Source of the DNA: Geopsychrobacteraceae bacterium
GTDB taxonomy: Bacteria; Desulfobacterota; Desulfuromonadia; Desulfuromonadales; Geopsychrobacteraceae
Direction of reading: 5' to 3'
DNA length: 64,000 nucleotides
Assembly: GCA_963662315.1 (NCBI GenBank)
Contig: OY759353.1
Location: 2,016,001-2,080,000 of the forward strand
Below are positions 1-10,428 of this stretch, one piece after another (positions within the stretch are counted from its first letter, which is position 1; each line of letters starts with the position of its first letter). The notes beneath the pieces are model-generated. The model saw only the letters and a list, made by a program, of their open reading frames with translations, had not been told where the DNA came from and did no database searches. The translations under genes and the position numbers were made by a program.

Positions 1-122
1 TGCATCCGCCCAAGAATTTTCCGCTCGGCCAATACCAGGTAGGCCGCCATGGTCAGGATGACGGCGAAAATCCCCACCAGTTTGGCCAGAATCAGGGCAA
101 CAGTCAGTAGTGGATCAGTCAT
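1..122 (-). CDS. nuoH: NADH-quinone oxidoreductase subunit H, 5' part (cut by window start)
   Basis: Manual translation MTDPLLTVALILAKLVGIFAVILTMAAYLVLAERKILGRMQ has the NuoH ERKxxGRMQ motif. ATGA overlap with the nuoG stop. Confidence 0.93.
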   Translation of the reverse strand, partial: MTDPLLTVALILAKLVGIFAVILTMAAYLVLAERKILGRM

Positions 123-2470
123 GACAGCTCCTTACTGATCAGGCAGAAAACCAGTCCTGAAGTGGGTAGCGGAATTGGTAATGCCGGCGAATTTTCCAGT
201 ATCACGCAATTTTCAGCGATGGTTTCATGACATTGTATCGGTAGAGTCAAAGGCGCCAGTTCTGAATCGATGACAACCATATCGCCATCTTGCAGATTCA
301 GGCGCTGTACATCAGTGATATTCATCTGGACCTTGGCGGTGTCAACAAAGCGTGGTGCCAATTTTTCTGAGTTACGGCTGAACAGATCACTGCCATAACG
401 GGCCGGAGTCACAATCAGATGAAACGATCCTGCTGGTTGTTCGGCAACCGACAACGCCTCGCGGTCGAGTGCCGGAACAGCAGCGACTCGAAGACCTTGA
501 GATCCGGCCTGCACTTCGGCGAGACCGCCAAGCCGGGCTATTTGCCCGGACATGCGCTGGCGAACGGCAACAATGTCCTCACCGGAAGTTCCTAACAGAT
601 AATTAAGTGCTGCGACAGCGGCAACCGGCTCACTACCAGGAGTGGTATCGGTGAATTGTCGCGAAGGATGACCATCTTCCAGACATTCATGTAACGGCAG
701 CCCTGGCTCCATAACCGGCATAAAGCAGTTGATCCGCCCTTCGTTATTAATGAACGATCCCGCTGTCTCCAGTGGCGTGCGGGTCGGAATAATAATGTCT
801 GCCTGACCAACTAACGCTGAATGCAGATAATCACAAACGACCAGAGTTTCAATCCCGGTCAAAGCGGCATCAATCCGGTCGCCAGCGCAAACTTCCATAA
901 GCAGATCGGTTTCCAGGCAAACAAGCATTTTTACCTTGCCGCTTTCCAGCCGGCGGAGAAGATCCTCGGACGGGCGTTCCTGCAATACCGCAGTCCCAAA
1001 ACTGTTAGCGCCACCAAGCAGCGGATGCACCAGACACAGGCGCTCTTCATTTGAAGCCAGCAATGACAGCTTGTGCAGTTGCCGCAAGCCGATTTCTCCA
1101 AGCAAACCACCGCCGACCACGACCGGCTGTCTGGCTTTTTTAAGCAGCTCACGGATGTGCAAACTGTCAGCATTCCCATCCAGAATGTAATTGGCCAGAT
1201 CGGTAGGGTTTAAACGTTGATGGTCAAAATCAAAAGGAAGCTCTATGGCACGCGGATCATAAACAAAAACCTGACCACCATTGCGCACCGCCTGACGCAT
1301 GGCAAGCGCAAGCATAGGTGCTTCGGCCAGAGGATCGGCACCAGCGACAAAGATCACATCGGCCTGACGAACCTGTTCCAGACTGGCCAGTCGGTCAGAG
1401 AGATCATATGCAGCAACACTGGCGGTCGCCATATTTCCCACGTGCGGATTGAGCACAGGTTCCTGACAATTAAGCATTTTAGCCCACTGCTGCAACAGCC
1501 AGTTTGCCTCAAGAGACGCCCGCTCTGAACCGACCAGCAGAACCGCATCACGCCCATACAGGCGTACCGTCTCTTTGGCTTTCGCCTGCAGAGCGTTAAG
1601 CGCCGCCGCAACATCGACCACCTTGTTAGCAATGCGGGCCTGACGGGGCCGATCGCTGTGGTTGGCGTAGCTGCTGCCAAAACGCCCCCGGTCACAGATA
1701 AAGCTGCCGTTAACAGCAGGGTTATTGCCGCCGCGGACACGTTGAATCTCGCGATAGCGTCCGCCGGCAATCGTCGAACATCCCAGAGAACAGTGCGGGC
1801 AAACAGACGGCGCTTCCTGCAGATCCCAGAACCGCGACTTGAAACGATAGGTCTTATCAGTAAAAACACCGGTCGGACAGACATCAACGATATTGCCGGA
1901 AAAATCACTTTCCAGCATGCCATCCTTAAAACGCCCGAAGAACACCCGGTTGCGTGACCCGAGCACCCCGAAATCACGGCCACCACAGAAATCCTGGTAG
2001 GTCCTCACACAGCGATAACACTGTATGCAGCGGTTCATTTCCTGAACGACAAAGGGGCCAAGATCCTGATTCGTATAGGTTCGTTTGGGACCATCATAAC
2101 GCCGCCTGCTGTGACCACTGGAAATGGTCATTTCCTGCAGCTGACATTCGCCCCCTTCGTCGCAGACCGGACAGTCATGCGGGTGATTCATCATCTGCCA
2201 TTCACCAACCCGTTCGCGGAATGTCGATGATTTTTCATCGGTGGTCGAGACCACCATCCCCTCTTCGACCTTGATCAGGCAGGACATCTTGAGACCTTTG
2301 AAGGTCCCTTCTTCCACATTAACGGCACACATACGGCAGGCCCCCACGGCACCCAGCTCTTTGTGATAGCAGAAATGGGGGATAACGATGCCTAATTCTT
2401 CGGCAGCCTCAAGAACGGTTTTCCCTTCCGGGACTGTAATTGTCTGATTGTCTATCTTCAGTGTCGGCAT
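119..2470 (-). CDS. nuoG: NADH-quinone oxidoreductase subunit G
   Basis: IPHFCYH, GACRMC, HPHDCPVCDEGGECQLQ, CIQCYRC and CPHCSLGC Fe-S motifs. Start taken at ATG 2470 (the track extends to 2494). Confidence 0.96.
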   Translation of the reverse strand: MPTLKIDNQTITVPEGKTVLEAAEELGIVIPHFCYHKELGAVGACRMCAVNVEEGTFKGLKMSCLIKVEEGMVVSTTDEKSSTFRERVGEWQMMNHPHDCPVCDEGGECQLQEMTISSGHSRRRYDGPKRTYTNQDLGPFVVQEMNRCIQCYRCVRTYQDFCGGRDFGVLGSRNRVFFGRFKDGMLESDFSGNIVDVCPTGVFTDKTYRFKSRFWDLQEAPSVCPHCSLGCSTIAGGRYREIQRVRGGNNPAVNGSFICDRGRFGSSYANHSDRPRQARIANKVVDVAAALNALQAKAKETVRLYGRDAVLLVGSERASLEANWLLQQWAKMLNCQEPVLNPHVGNMATASVAAYDLSDRLASLEQVRQADVIFVAGADPLAEAPMLALAMRQAVRNGGQVFVYDPRAIELPFDFDHQRLNPTDLANYILDGNADSLHIRELLKKARQPVVVGGGLLGEIGLRQLHKLSLLASNEERLCLVHPLLGGANSFGTAVLQERPSEDLLRRLESGKVKMLVCLETDLLMEVCAGDRIDAALTGIETLVVCDYLHSALVGQADIIIPTRTPLETAGSFINNEGRINCFMPVMEPGLPLHECLEDGHPSRQFTDTTPGSEPVAAVAALNYLLGTSGEDIVAVRQRMSGQIARLGGLAEVQAGSQGLRVAAVPALDREALSVAEQPAGSFHLIVTPARYGSDLFSRNSEKLAPRFVDTAKVQMNITDVQRLNLQDGDMVVIDSELAPLTLPIQCHETIAENCVILENSPALPIPLPTSGLVFCLISKELS

Positions 2471-2475
2471 AATAT

Positions 2476-3753
2476 TTATCGTCCGAACGGGCAACAGCCC
2501 TTATCAATATGGTCTACAAGTTCCTGCTCAAAATGGGTTAACAAACCGGTAACCGGCCCCATGGCACCTTCAGCCAGAGCACAGAAGCTATGCCCTGAAA
2601 TGTTTTTCAACTGCTCTTTGAGCATCGCCAGGTGCTCGCGCGTCCCTTGACCGTTTTCAAATTTTTCGAGTAACCAGCGCACCATGGTCAAACCGTCACG
2701 ACAAGGGGTGCACCACCCACAACTCTCGCGGGCAAAAAAGCGGATCAGGTTCAATGTTGCCCCGACCATACAGGTCCGGTCATCGAACACAGTTACGCCT
2801 GCTGTGCCAAAGCGGCTGCCGACCTTTTCCAGCGAACTGAAATCAAGGGCGACATCCATATGTTCCGGAGTCAGGTACGGGGTTGAGGCGCCACCAGGCA
2901 AACAGGCCTTGAAAGAGCGTCCCTGCCAGACCCCCTGACCATAGTTTTCAACCACTTCACGCAGTGAAATACCAACCGGCAATTCAAAACACTCGGTCCG
3001 ATTAAGGTGTCCGGACAGGCCAAACAGCTTGGTACCCGAGCCTTCCGGAGTCAGTGCCAAATCGCGGAACCAATCCGCTCCGCCGTTAATAATATGAGGA
3101 ATATTGGCAATGGTTTCGACGTTGTTAACGGTTGTCGGACGGCCAAACAAACCTCGGGTCGCCGGAAACGGTGGTTTCATGCGGGGATTGGGGCGTCGAC
3201 CTTCCAGACCATTGAGCAGTGCCGTTTCTTCACCGAGAATATAGCGACCGGCACTGCCATGAACATGCAGTTCAAAATCAAACCCGCTACCCAGAATATT
3301 CTTGCCGATAAAGCCGGCCTCTTTCGCTTCGGCAATGGCACGGCGCAAGTTCTCGGCCTGCTTTTCATAAGCATAGCGGATAAAAATGTAACCGACATCG
3401 GTCTGCAGGGCATAAGCTGAAACAATCATCCCCTCAACCAGCTGATGAGGATCGGCCGCCAGCAGAACACCATCCTTATAGGTTCCCGGTTCCATCTCGT
3501 CGCAGTTACAGACCAGGTACTTGGTTCCCGGTGCATCGGACGGGAAAAATGACCACTTCACTCCAGTCGGAAAACCGGCACCACCCCGGCCACGCAGAGA
3601 TGCCGCCTTAACCAGATCGCGCAGTTCCTGAGGAGACATGGAGGTGAAAACCTTTTTTAAAGCTTCATAGCCACCAGTCGCCCGATAGTCGTTCATAAAG
3701 ACAGTTTCACCCGGTCGGCGATTTTTGAATAACAGTTGTGGTGTATCGCTCAC
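2476..3753 (-). CDS. nuoF: NADH-quinone oxidoreductase subunit F
   Basis: LRGRGGAGFPTGVKW, DEMEPG, YILGEETAL, ESCGWCTPCR. Confidence 0.97.
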   Translation of the reverse strand: MSDTPQLLFKNRRPGETVFMNDYRATGGYEALKKVFTSMSPQELRDLVKAASLRGRGGAGFPTGVKWSFFPSDAPGTKYLVCNCDEMEPGTYKDGVLLAADPHQLVEGMIVSAYALQTDVGYIFIRYAYEKQAENLRRAIAEAKEAGFIGKNILGSGFDFELHVHGSAGRYILGEETALLNGLEGRRPNPRMKPPFPATRGLFGRPTTVNNVETIANIPHIINGGADWFRDLALTPEGSGTKLFGLSGHLNRTECFELPVGISLREVVENYGQGVWQGRSFKACLPGGASTPYLTPEHMDVALDFSSLEKVGSRFGTAGVTVFDDRTCMVGATLNLIRFFARESCGWCTPCRDGLTMVRWLLEKFENGQGTREHLAMLKEQLKNISGHSFCALAEGAMGPVTGLLTHFEQELVDHIDKGCCPFGR

Positions 3754-4262
3754 CCTTGGGCCTCCTGTCTCAGATCAGATAGCAACTTATCAACCTTCTC
3801 CTTGGTCAAAGGCCCGTAGAAAGACTGATGAATCATTACCCCGGGAGCTTGTCCGCAGCCCCCCAGGCAACAGGAAGGAAGGAGGGTAAATAACCCATCT
3901 TCGGTCGTTTCACCAAAGTTAATCCCCAGTTTTTCCTGCAGATAGGCGGCAATTTCGTCACCACCACGGGTCCAACAACAGATGGAATCACAAATGTGAA
4001 TCGGATAACGCCCTGCCGGGTAGCGTAATATTTTATCGTAAAATGTGGCAATCTCATCAACTTCCAGAGGGGTTAACCCCAGAATCTGGGCCGTTAGTTC
4101 AACCCCGGAATCGGGCACCCAGCCATGATTCTTCTGAATCGCCCGCAGAATATCGACAATTAATTCACGTGGATGCTCAATCTGACCGGCATGATGAATA
4201 AATTCAGCCAGCTCCTCTTCTGACAACAGACCGTCAGCATCCAGCATTTCTATTTTGGCCAT
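3750..4262 (-). CDS. nuoE: NADH-quinone oxidoreductase subunit E
   Basis: ATFY, CDSICC and CLGGC 2Fe-2S motifs; operon position. Confidence 0.95.
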   Translation of the reverse strand: MAKIEMLDADGLLSEEELAEFIHHAGQIEHPRELIVDILRAIQKNHGWVPDSGVELTAQILGLTPLEVDEIATFYDKILRYPAGRYPIHICDSICCWTRGGDEIAAYLQEKLGINFGETTEDGLFTLLPSCCLGGCGQAPGVMIHQSFYGPLTKEKVDKLLSDLRQEAQG

Positions 4263-4307
4263 AAGCGTTCCAAATCATCTCTAGAGATAAAAGAATACGT
4301 TTCATTA

Positions 4308-6689
4308 TTAGCGATCGAGGTCAGCCAGGACAAAATCTACAGACCCGGTATATGCGACCATGTCTGACAGCAGATCCCCCTTACAAACCCACGGCAGCGA
4401 CTGCAGGTGAGCGAAGGACGGCGTACGGATACGACAGCGGTAAGCGCTGTTGCCGCCATCACTGACCAGATAGTAACCACATTCCCCTTTACCCGATTCC
4501 GTTGCCCGGTAACACTCACCGACCGGTGCGGCAATGCCGGTGCTAACGTTAACAAAATGATGAATCAGGCTTTCAATGTTTTCCAGACCATCCTGACGCT
4601 GAGGATAAGCGTAACGATAATCGTCCGTCATCCAGCGCCCTTCCGGCATCTCTTTGGCAGCCTGCATGACGATGCGTAACGATTGGCGCAGTTCCTCAAG
4701 GCGCACGACATAACGGGCAAAGTTATCGCCACCGGTCGCCGTTGCGACCTTAAAGTCGAAGTTTTCGTAACCTCCATACGGCATATCACGGCGCAGGTCC
4801 CAATCAACCCCGCTAGCCCGCAGGTTTGGCCCAGAGAACCCCCAATCAATGGCATTTTCACGTGAGACAGTACCAACACCTTCAGAGCGCATACGGAAAA
4901 TCTTTCCGTCCCTTAACATACTGTCAAGTTCATCGATACGGGCACTGAAAGTGCCGGTAAACTTGTCGACCATCTGCTTCCAGCCATCCGGCAGGTCAAG
5001 GGGAATCCCACCGATACGCAACCAGGACGGATGCATCCGGCCACCGGTGATCATTTCGACGATATCGAAAATCTTCTCGCGCGATTCGAAGCAGTAGAAA
5101 ACCGGGGTCATGGCGCCAATATCATGGGCATAGGTCCCGAGCCAGACCAGGTGGTTGGCGATACGGAACAGTTCCCCCAACATAATGCGGACGTATTGGG
5201 CCCGTTTCGGCGCCTGCACGCCCAACATGGTTTCCAGGGAATGCAGATAAGCCATGTTGTTGAGCACACCAGAGAGGTAATCGATACGATCGGTGTAGGG
5301 AATAAATTGCGCCCAGTGCTGACGTTCACCGATTTTTTCAGCACCCCGGTGATGATAGCCAAGATCAACATCAATATCGGACAGCTCTTCACCGTTCATG
5401 CGCAGCACCAGACGTAACACCCCATGGGTCCCTGGGTGGTGCGGACCTAAGTTCAACACCATACTGCCATCATCAGCCCCTTCCAGAGGAACCAGCTGGT
5501 CTCCCAACAGCGGCGGCAGGTTATAAGCTTCTTTCGAAGTAAAAGGAGCCATCTCGGTGGCCCGCGACGGATGTTCCTTCCGCAACGGGTGGCCGGGCCA
5601 ATCGGCCGGCATCAGAATACGGCGCAAATCCGGGTGGGCGGTGAAATGAATGCCGAACATGTCGAAGACTTCACGCTCATACCACTCAGCGGAAGGCCAG
5701 ACACTGGTAATACTGGTAATTTCCGGATATTCCCCAACCAAGGGGACCTTAACCCGCAGGTACCCGGGAGTTGAGAAGCTGAGCAGGTGATAAACCATGG
5801 TAAACTGGTGGCCGGGCCGCTGCTGGCGATAGCGTTCGTCAATTGCGGTCAGGTCTTCCAGCCGTTGATAACCGGGTTTAACCTCATGTTTGAGGAAACT
5901 GAGCAGATCTTTGATCAGTTCCGGCGGACAGTTCAGGACCGGCATATCCGCAGCTAACGGATCAGGCGTGACACGTCCGTTAAAGCGTTCGATAACCTGA
6001 CGATAAACATCTTCAGTGGTGGTTGGGAAAACCTGTTTCGGCTGGCTTGGCCGCAGGATATTGCCACTGCGATCGGTTGAAAAGTTCGGTGGTTGTTGCG
6101 CGGTTCCGCGAATCGGACTGTTTCCATAGCCGGGACCACGGGTATCACGGCTCTTGGTCACGCCGTCAACCAATGGCGGAACCGTTGTACCTTCGGAACC
6201 GCCTTGCATACCCAGCACTTTACGGGTCGGTTGTTCTTCGGCAACGATTTTCTTCTGCAGTTCAACGATCCCCTGCAAAAAGGCTTCAGGACGTGGCGGA
6301 CAACCAGGGATATAAATATCAACCGGAAGAATCTGGTTGACCCCCTGCATGACACTGTAAACATCATACATGCCACCGGAGTTGGCGCATGAGCCCATGG
6401 CGATAACCCATTTGGGGTTCGGCATCTGCTCATAAACCTTGAGGATCGAGGTGCCCATCTTTTTGAACGGCGTCCCCGACACGATCATCACGTCCGACTC
6501 GCGCGGCGTACCGCGCAGAACCTCGGCGCCAAAACGCGCCAGGTCAAAACGTGGCGTCATGCTGGTCATCATTTCGACAAAACAACAGGACAACCCAAAG
6601 AACATTGGCCAGAGGCTGTACTTACGCCCCCAGTTGATAAGATCATCTGCCCGCGTCAGCAGAACTCCCTGCGGCAGTTTCTCGCTCAT
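4308..6689 (-). CDS. nuoBCD: Fused NADH-quinone oxidoreductase subunits B/C/D
   Basis: NuoB ([15 protein letters not shown]), NuoC ([18 protein letters not shown]) and NuoD ([21 protein letters not shown]-terminal DLDR) motifs in one ORF. Confidence 0.96.
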   Translation of the reverse strand: MSEKLPQGVLLTRADDLINWGRKYSLWPMFFGLSCCFVEMMTSMTPRFDLARFGAEVLRGTPRESDVMIVSGTPFKKMGTSILKVYEQMPNPKWVIAMGSCANSGGMYDVYSVMQGVNQILPVDIYIPGCPPRPEAFLQGIVELQKKIVAEEQPTRKVLGMQGGSEGTTVPPLVDGVTKSRDTRGPGYGNSPIRGTAQQPPNFSTDRSGNILRPSQPKQVFPTTTEDVYRQVIERFNGRVTPDPLAADMPVLNCPPELIKDLLSFLKHEVKPGYQRLEDLTAIDERYRQQRPGHQFTMVYHLLSFSTPGYLRVKVPLVGEYPEITSITSVWPSAEWYEREVFDMFGIHFTAHPDLRRILMPADWPGHPLRKEHPSRATEMAPFTSKEAYNLPPLLGDQLVPLEGADDGSMVLNLGPHHPGTHGVLRLVLRMNGEELSDIDVDLGYHHRGAEKIGERQHWAQFIPYTDRIDYLSGVLNNMAYLHSLETMLGVQAPKRAQYVRIMLGELFRIANHLVWLGTYAHDIGAMTPVFYCFESREKIFDIVEMITGGRMHPSWLRIGGIPLDLPDGWKQMVDKFTGTFSARIDELDSMLRDGKIFRMRSEGVGTVSRENAIDWGFSGPNLRASGVDWDLRRDMPYGGYENFDFKVATATGGDNFARYVVRLEELRQSLRIVMQAAKEMPEGRWMTDDYRYAYPQRQDGLENIESLIHHFVNVSTGIAAPVGECYRATESGKGECGYYLVSDGGNSAYRCRIRTPSFAHLQSLPWVCKGDLLSDMVAYTGSVDFVLADLDR

Positions 6690-7129
6690 CCGACTCTCCT
6701 GTATTGACTGCGCTTGTTACGTGCCCCCCACTCCAGAGCACCAACCTTCCACAAATAAACCAGACCAAGGAACAACAGAACGATGAAGAAGGTGATTTGC
6801 CAAAACCCGACCCAACCAAGCAGGTCATAAGCGATAGCCCAGGAAACCACAAAAATTGCTTCTATATCGAAAATGATAAAAAAGATAGCGACCAGTGAGA
6901 AAGGAACAGCCTGTCTCAGCTTAGCTTCTCCGGTGGGAATGATTGCTGATTCATAGGGTGCATCCTTGTCCGGAGAATGAGTCCGGTTGCCCAGAAAACG
7001 GGCAAGCATCATCAGCAACAGAATAAGCCCCGTGGAAATCAGGGCGTAGAGGGCAAAAGAAAGGTACCCTTCGACACTTGGCGGGCCGGAATTGGCCATC
7101 GCCTGTGCAGTTTGCGCAGAAACGGACAT
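6686..7129 (-). CDS. nuoA: NADH-quinone oxidoreductase subunit A
   Basis: Three TM helices; PYESA, FDIEAIF, GALEW. Confidence 0.95.
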   Translation of the reverse strand: MSVSAQTAQAMANSGPPSVEGYLSFALYALISTGLILLLMMLARFLGNRTHSPDKDAPYESAIIPTGEAKLRQAVPFSLVAIFFIIFDIEAIFVVSWAIAYDLLGWVGFWQITFFIVLLFLGLVYLWKVGALEWGARNKRSQYRRVG

Positions 7130-7266
7130 GACACCTCTATTTTTCTAAAAAAACATTGAAATTCATCAAAAATGTACCGCAACGAAAAAAATACTAGCAC
7201 ACTTTCGACACCCCGGAGAAGAGCTCGCCGCTAAAAAATAAACCTAACAGACGCTCCACCATCCTT

Positions 7267-7716
7267 CTAGTTGGAATTTTTTTCAATTTCGCTGCGCGCC
7301 AGCTCATCGCACCGTTCATTTTCAGGATGGCCAGCATGCCCCTTGACCCAAACCCACTCGATCTCGTGCTGTTCGGCAAGCTCAAGTAAGCGTTGCCAGA
7401 GATCGCGATTGGCCACCTCTTCCTTTTTCGAATTTTTCCAGTTTTTCTTCTGCCAGCCGGATATCCACTCTGTCATCCCTTTGACCAGATACTGTGAATC
7501 AGTCACGACCCTGACAGAGCAGGATCGCTTGAGCGCTTCCAGTCCACTAATCGCACCCAGCAGTTCCATGCGGTTATTGGTTGTTTCAGGAGCAAACCCT
7601 GACAACTCCTTTTCATGCTTCCCACTGCGTAAAATAGTGCCGTAGCCTCCAGGGCCAGGATTACCCGAACAGGCCCCATCAGAAAAGATTTCTACAAACG
7701 ATTTACATTGAGTCAT
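7267..7716 (-). CDS. rnhA: Ribonuclease HI
   Basis: [42 protein letters not shown]. Start taken at ATG 7716. Confidence 0.96.
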   Translation of the reverse strand: MTQCKSFVEIFSDGACSGNPGPGGYGTILRSGKHEKELSGFAPETTNNRMELLGAISGLEALKRSCSVRVVTDSQYLVKGMTEWISGWQKKNWKNSKKEEVANRDLWQRLLELAEQHEIEWVWVKGHAGHPENERCDELARSEIEKNSN

Positions 7717-7927
7717 AAATAAAAAATTCGCATCAGATAATAAGAGTGGCAGAACCAAACTGATAACCTTTGAGGTTATCAAATATTAGATAGCACCTAC
7801 ACAGACTTGAAGTCTAGCGCTGAAACAAGGAATTCTTCTTCCTTATTCAAGAGTAGAGAATAGAATCTGATTGTCAATGAAGTTTATCAGCCGATTTTAA
7901 AGGGTGAAGCGATCCATAGCAGATCAG

Positions 7928-8197
7928 AAATAAAAAAAGCCCTCTGCCGTTGCAAGGCAGAGAGCTTTTTAAAATTGGCGTCCCCAGGGGGATTCGCCCA
8001 CTACGGCCAGAACTTCACGTTCACGCCTGCGTCGGCTCCCCTCCGCTCGCTGACGCGGCCATCCCTGGCCGCTGTTCAGACATTAAGTCTGCGCTCACTA
8101 CGCTTCGAATCCCCTGACTTGCTATATTTAAATAAAAAAGCCCTCTGCCGTTGCAAGGCAGAGAGCTTTTTAAAATTGGCGTCCCCAGGGGGATTCG
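7928..8197 (-). repeat. tRNA-linked repeat: tandem ~70-bp direct repeat (tRNA-Glu 3' 21 nt plus terminator) around a ~130-bp palindromic insert
   Basis: 7928-7996 matches 8130-8197 except for one extra A. The insert is bounded by GGGGATTCG/CGAATCCCC. Confidence 0.85.
8134..8170 (-). terminator. Intrinsic terminator after tRNA-Glu (duplicated at 7932-7970)
   Basis: GCTCTCTGCC/GGCAGAGGGC hairpin followed by a T-run on the minus strand. Confidence 0.8.
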
Positions 8198-8254
8198 AAC
8201 CCCCGTCGCCGCCGTGAAAGGGCGGTGTCCTGGGCCAGGCTAGACGATAGGGAC
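8177..8254 (-). tRNA. tRNA-Glu (TTC), copy 1
   Basis: GTCCCTATCGTCTAG...CCGCC-CTTTCAC-GGCGG...GGTTCGAATCC...GGGGACGCCA. Confidence 0.97.
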
Positions 8255-8288
8255 TTACTGGCCTCCCGCAAAGTTGCGCGAGAAGCAT

Positions 8289-8317
8289 TTAATACCTAAA
8301 GAGACAAAAAGTTGCAA
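8289..8317 (-). promoter_or_regulatory. Putative sigma70 promoter of tRNA-Glu copy 1
   Basis: TTGCAA-N17-TATTAA on the minus strand just upstream of the tRNA. Confidence 0.55.
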
Positions 8318-8464
8318 GCAAAAAAACACAATAATCACAAGAATCGCATCGGTTGCAAACCCAAGCTGACGGCAGCTTGGGTGACCGTGCCCCAGGCAGG
8401 CAATCCCGGATGAGAATCAATGCCGAATCGTGCCAATGAAATGACTGAAGCCTCTGTCTATGAC

Positions 8465-10420
8465 CTAGGTCAACTGCCGCAGCCAGTAGAAATCATACCC
8501 AGGAACAACCAGACTGTCACTGAACGATTCGGGCCGTTCACCACGCACCAGATCGATGAACTGCCCATACTGAGGAGCCCAGCTTCCCAGGTCTGAAAAA
8601 CGCAGCGACTGAGGCTGGTGGCTGAAATTTGCGACGATCAGAACCTTTTCGCCCCGCGGCCCAGCCGGATAGCGGCCGAACACAAACAGATGGGGGTTGC
8701 TGACATCAACTAACTCACGGTTATTAAAATCAGCGAAAGCCGGCAATTCCTTACGCACCGCGATCATTCTTTTCAAAGCGCTGAATATTTTATATTCAAT
8801 GCTGCCGGGGATATTACGCCGAGCCGCTTGTTCCCAATCAATAGCCGGACGATGAACCCAGCGACTATCCCACTGCTTATCCGGATCGTTACGGTAAGAG
8901 TCATCATTCAATGCCCCCAACGCATCACCGTAATATAGCAGGGGGATGCCGCCGAAGGATAGGATCATGCCGTGCAACAACAAAATCAACTGAATCGCGT
9001 CGCTGACAGCCCTATCGTCATCAATCTCCAACGCGTATTCAAGCCCGACCAATGATGCCAGAGATCCGGAGATCCGGGCATCACCGGTTTTATCATTCTG
9101 CCCAAAGGGCAAGCCACGCGCATGACTTCCCTGATATTTACCCGTGAAATAATCAACCAGGTACTGGCGATGCTGTTTGGGATCGTAACCACACTGAACG
9201 ATATCACGATCATCAAAACCAAAACCGATATCGTCATGGCAACGCACATAATTCAGCCAGGTTGCACGATCAAGCTTACCTGGTAGGCTCTTGATCCCTT
9301 GATTGAGCAACCGGGCATTTTTAGTCGCGACAGCTTCCCACAGCAGAGACATGAAAGTTGCGTTGTAGGCAATTTCACACTCTTTGGCAATGACCGCATC
9401 CTCTCCGAAGTACTTAATTACCTCAAACGGCGCAACAATCGCCTCGGCAATAAAGACCACTCCCGGAGCTGTAACCTGACAACAGTCCTTGAACAATTGC
9501 AGAATCAGATGCGCCTCCCGCTCATTCTGGCAGGTACTGCCGATTTTTTTCCACAGGAAAGCAACGGCATCAAGACGCAGGATATCAACCCCACGGTTGG
9601 CCCAGAATAATATAATATTGAGCATCTCAATAAAAACGGCAGGGTTACTGTAGTTCAGATCCCACTGAAAGTCATTGAAGACGGTCATCACCCAGCGCTG
9701 CATCTGCTCATCCCAGGTAAAATTCCCCGGGGCGGTTTCCGGAAAAATCTCCGGCATACTCTGTTCAAACATATCGGGAATGTTACGGGTCGCAAAGGTA
9801 TAGAAGTAGTCCTGATAGAGTTTCGCACCCTGGCGGGCCTGCTGGGCCCAATAATGGGTATCCGAGGTATGATTAACGACGACATCAAGAACCAGCAGAA
9901 TATCACGGGCGCGCATTTCGTCCGCCATCAACTCCAATTCGTCAAGCGTTCCGATATCCGGATCGATTTCACGGAAATCGCTGACCGCGTAACCACCGTC
10001 ACTCTTCCCCGGCGGACATTTCATAATCGGCATGACATGGACCAGATTAACTCCCAGTTCCTGGAAGTAGGCTAGCTTGTCACGCAGGCCATTGATATTG
10101 CCGGCAAAACCATCACAGTAAAGAGCCATACCGACCCATTGCTGGCTGAGAAACCAGTTGTAATCTTTCTCCCGCTCCAAATCGATCTGGCGCAGATGAT
10201 CGGGCCGGGCGATATATTGGCGAGCCATAGTCTCCACCAGATTCTGTGCCTGCGCGGCAAAATCCTCACGCTGCCCGTAAAGCTTTTCAAACAGGGAATG
10301 GATGGCATAAAAGTTGGCCCCAAGCCGGGTATAAAAGTGGCGCAGATCCTGACGGGAGATTTCCGGCTGAATGCGATTCAGAATATCATTGAGAAGTGAG
10401 TGGGCTACCTGTTCATACAT
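8465..10420 (-). CDS. ams: Amylosucrase (GH13)
   Basis: DGGYAVSDFR, VVNHTS, LRLDAVAFLWK, IAEAIV, YVRCHDDIG, SRWVHRP. Alternative GTG start at 10432. Confidence 0.9.
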   Translation of the reverse strand: MYEQVAHSLLNDILNRIQPEISRQDLRHFYTRLGANFYAIHSLFEKLYGQREDFAAQAQNLVETMARQYIARPDHLRQIDLEREKDYNWFLSQQWVGMALYCDGFAGNINGLRDKLAYFQELGVNLVHVMPIMKCPPGKSDGGYAVSDFREIDPDIGTLDELELMADEMRARDILLVLDVVVNHTSDTHYWAQQARQGAKLYQDYFYTFATRNIPDMFEQSMPEIFPETAPGNFTWDEQMQRWVMTVFNDFQWDLNYSNPAVFIEMLNIILFWANRGVDILRLDAVAFLWKKIGSTCQNEREAHLILQLFKDCCQVTAPGVVFIAEAIVAPFEVIKYFGEDAVIAKECEIAYNATFMSLLWEAVATKNARLLNQGIKSLPGKLDRATWLNYVRCHDDIGFGFDDRDIVQCGYDPKQHRQYLVDYFTGKYQGSHARGLPFGQNDKTGDARISGSLASLVGLEYALEIDDDRAVSDAIQLILLLHGMILSFGGIPLLYYGDALGALNDDSYRNDPDKQWDSRWVHRPAIDWEQAARRNIPGSIEYKIFSALKRMIAVRKELPAFADFNNRELVDVSNPHLFVFGRYPAGPRGEKVLIVANFSHQPQSLRFSDLGSWAPQYGQFIDLVRGERPESFSDSLVVPGYDFYWLRQLT

Positions 10421-10428
10421 AGTTGAAA

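Noticed and set aside
7975..8288. ORFs over tRNA regions (also 14518-14709, 22647-22844, 30190-30414)
   Set aside because: These are translations of tRNA and terminator sequence.
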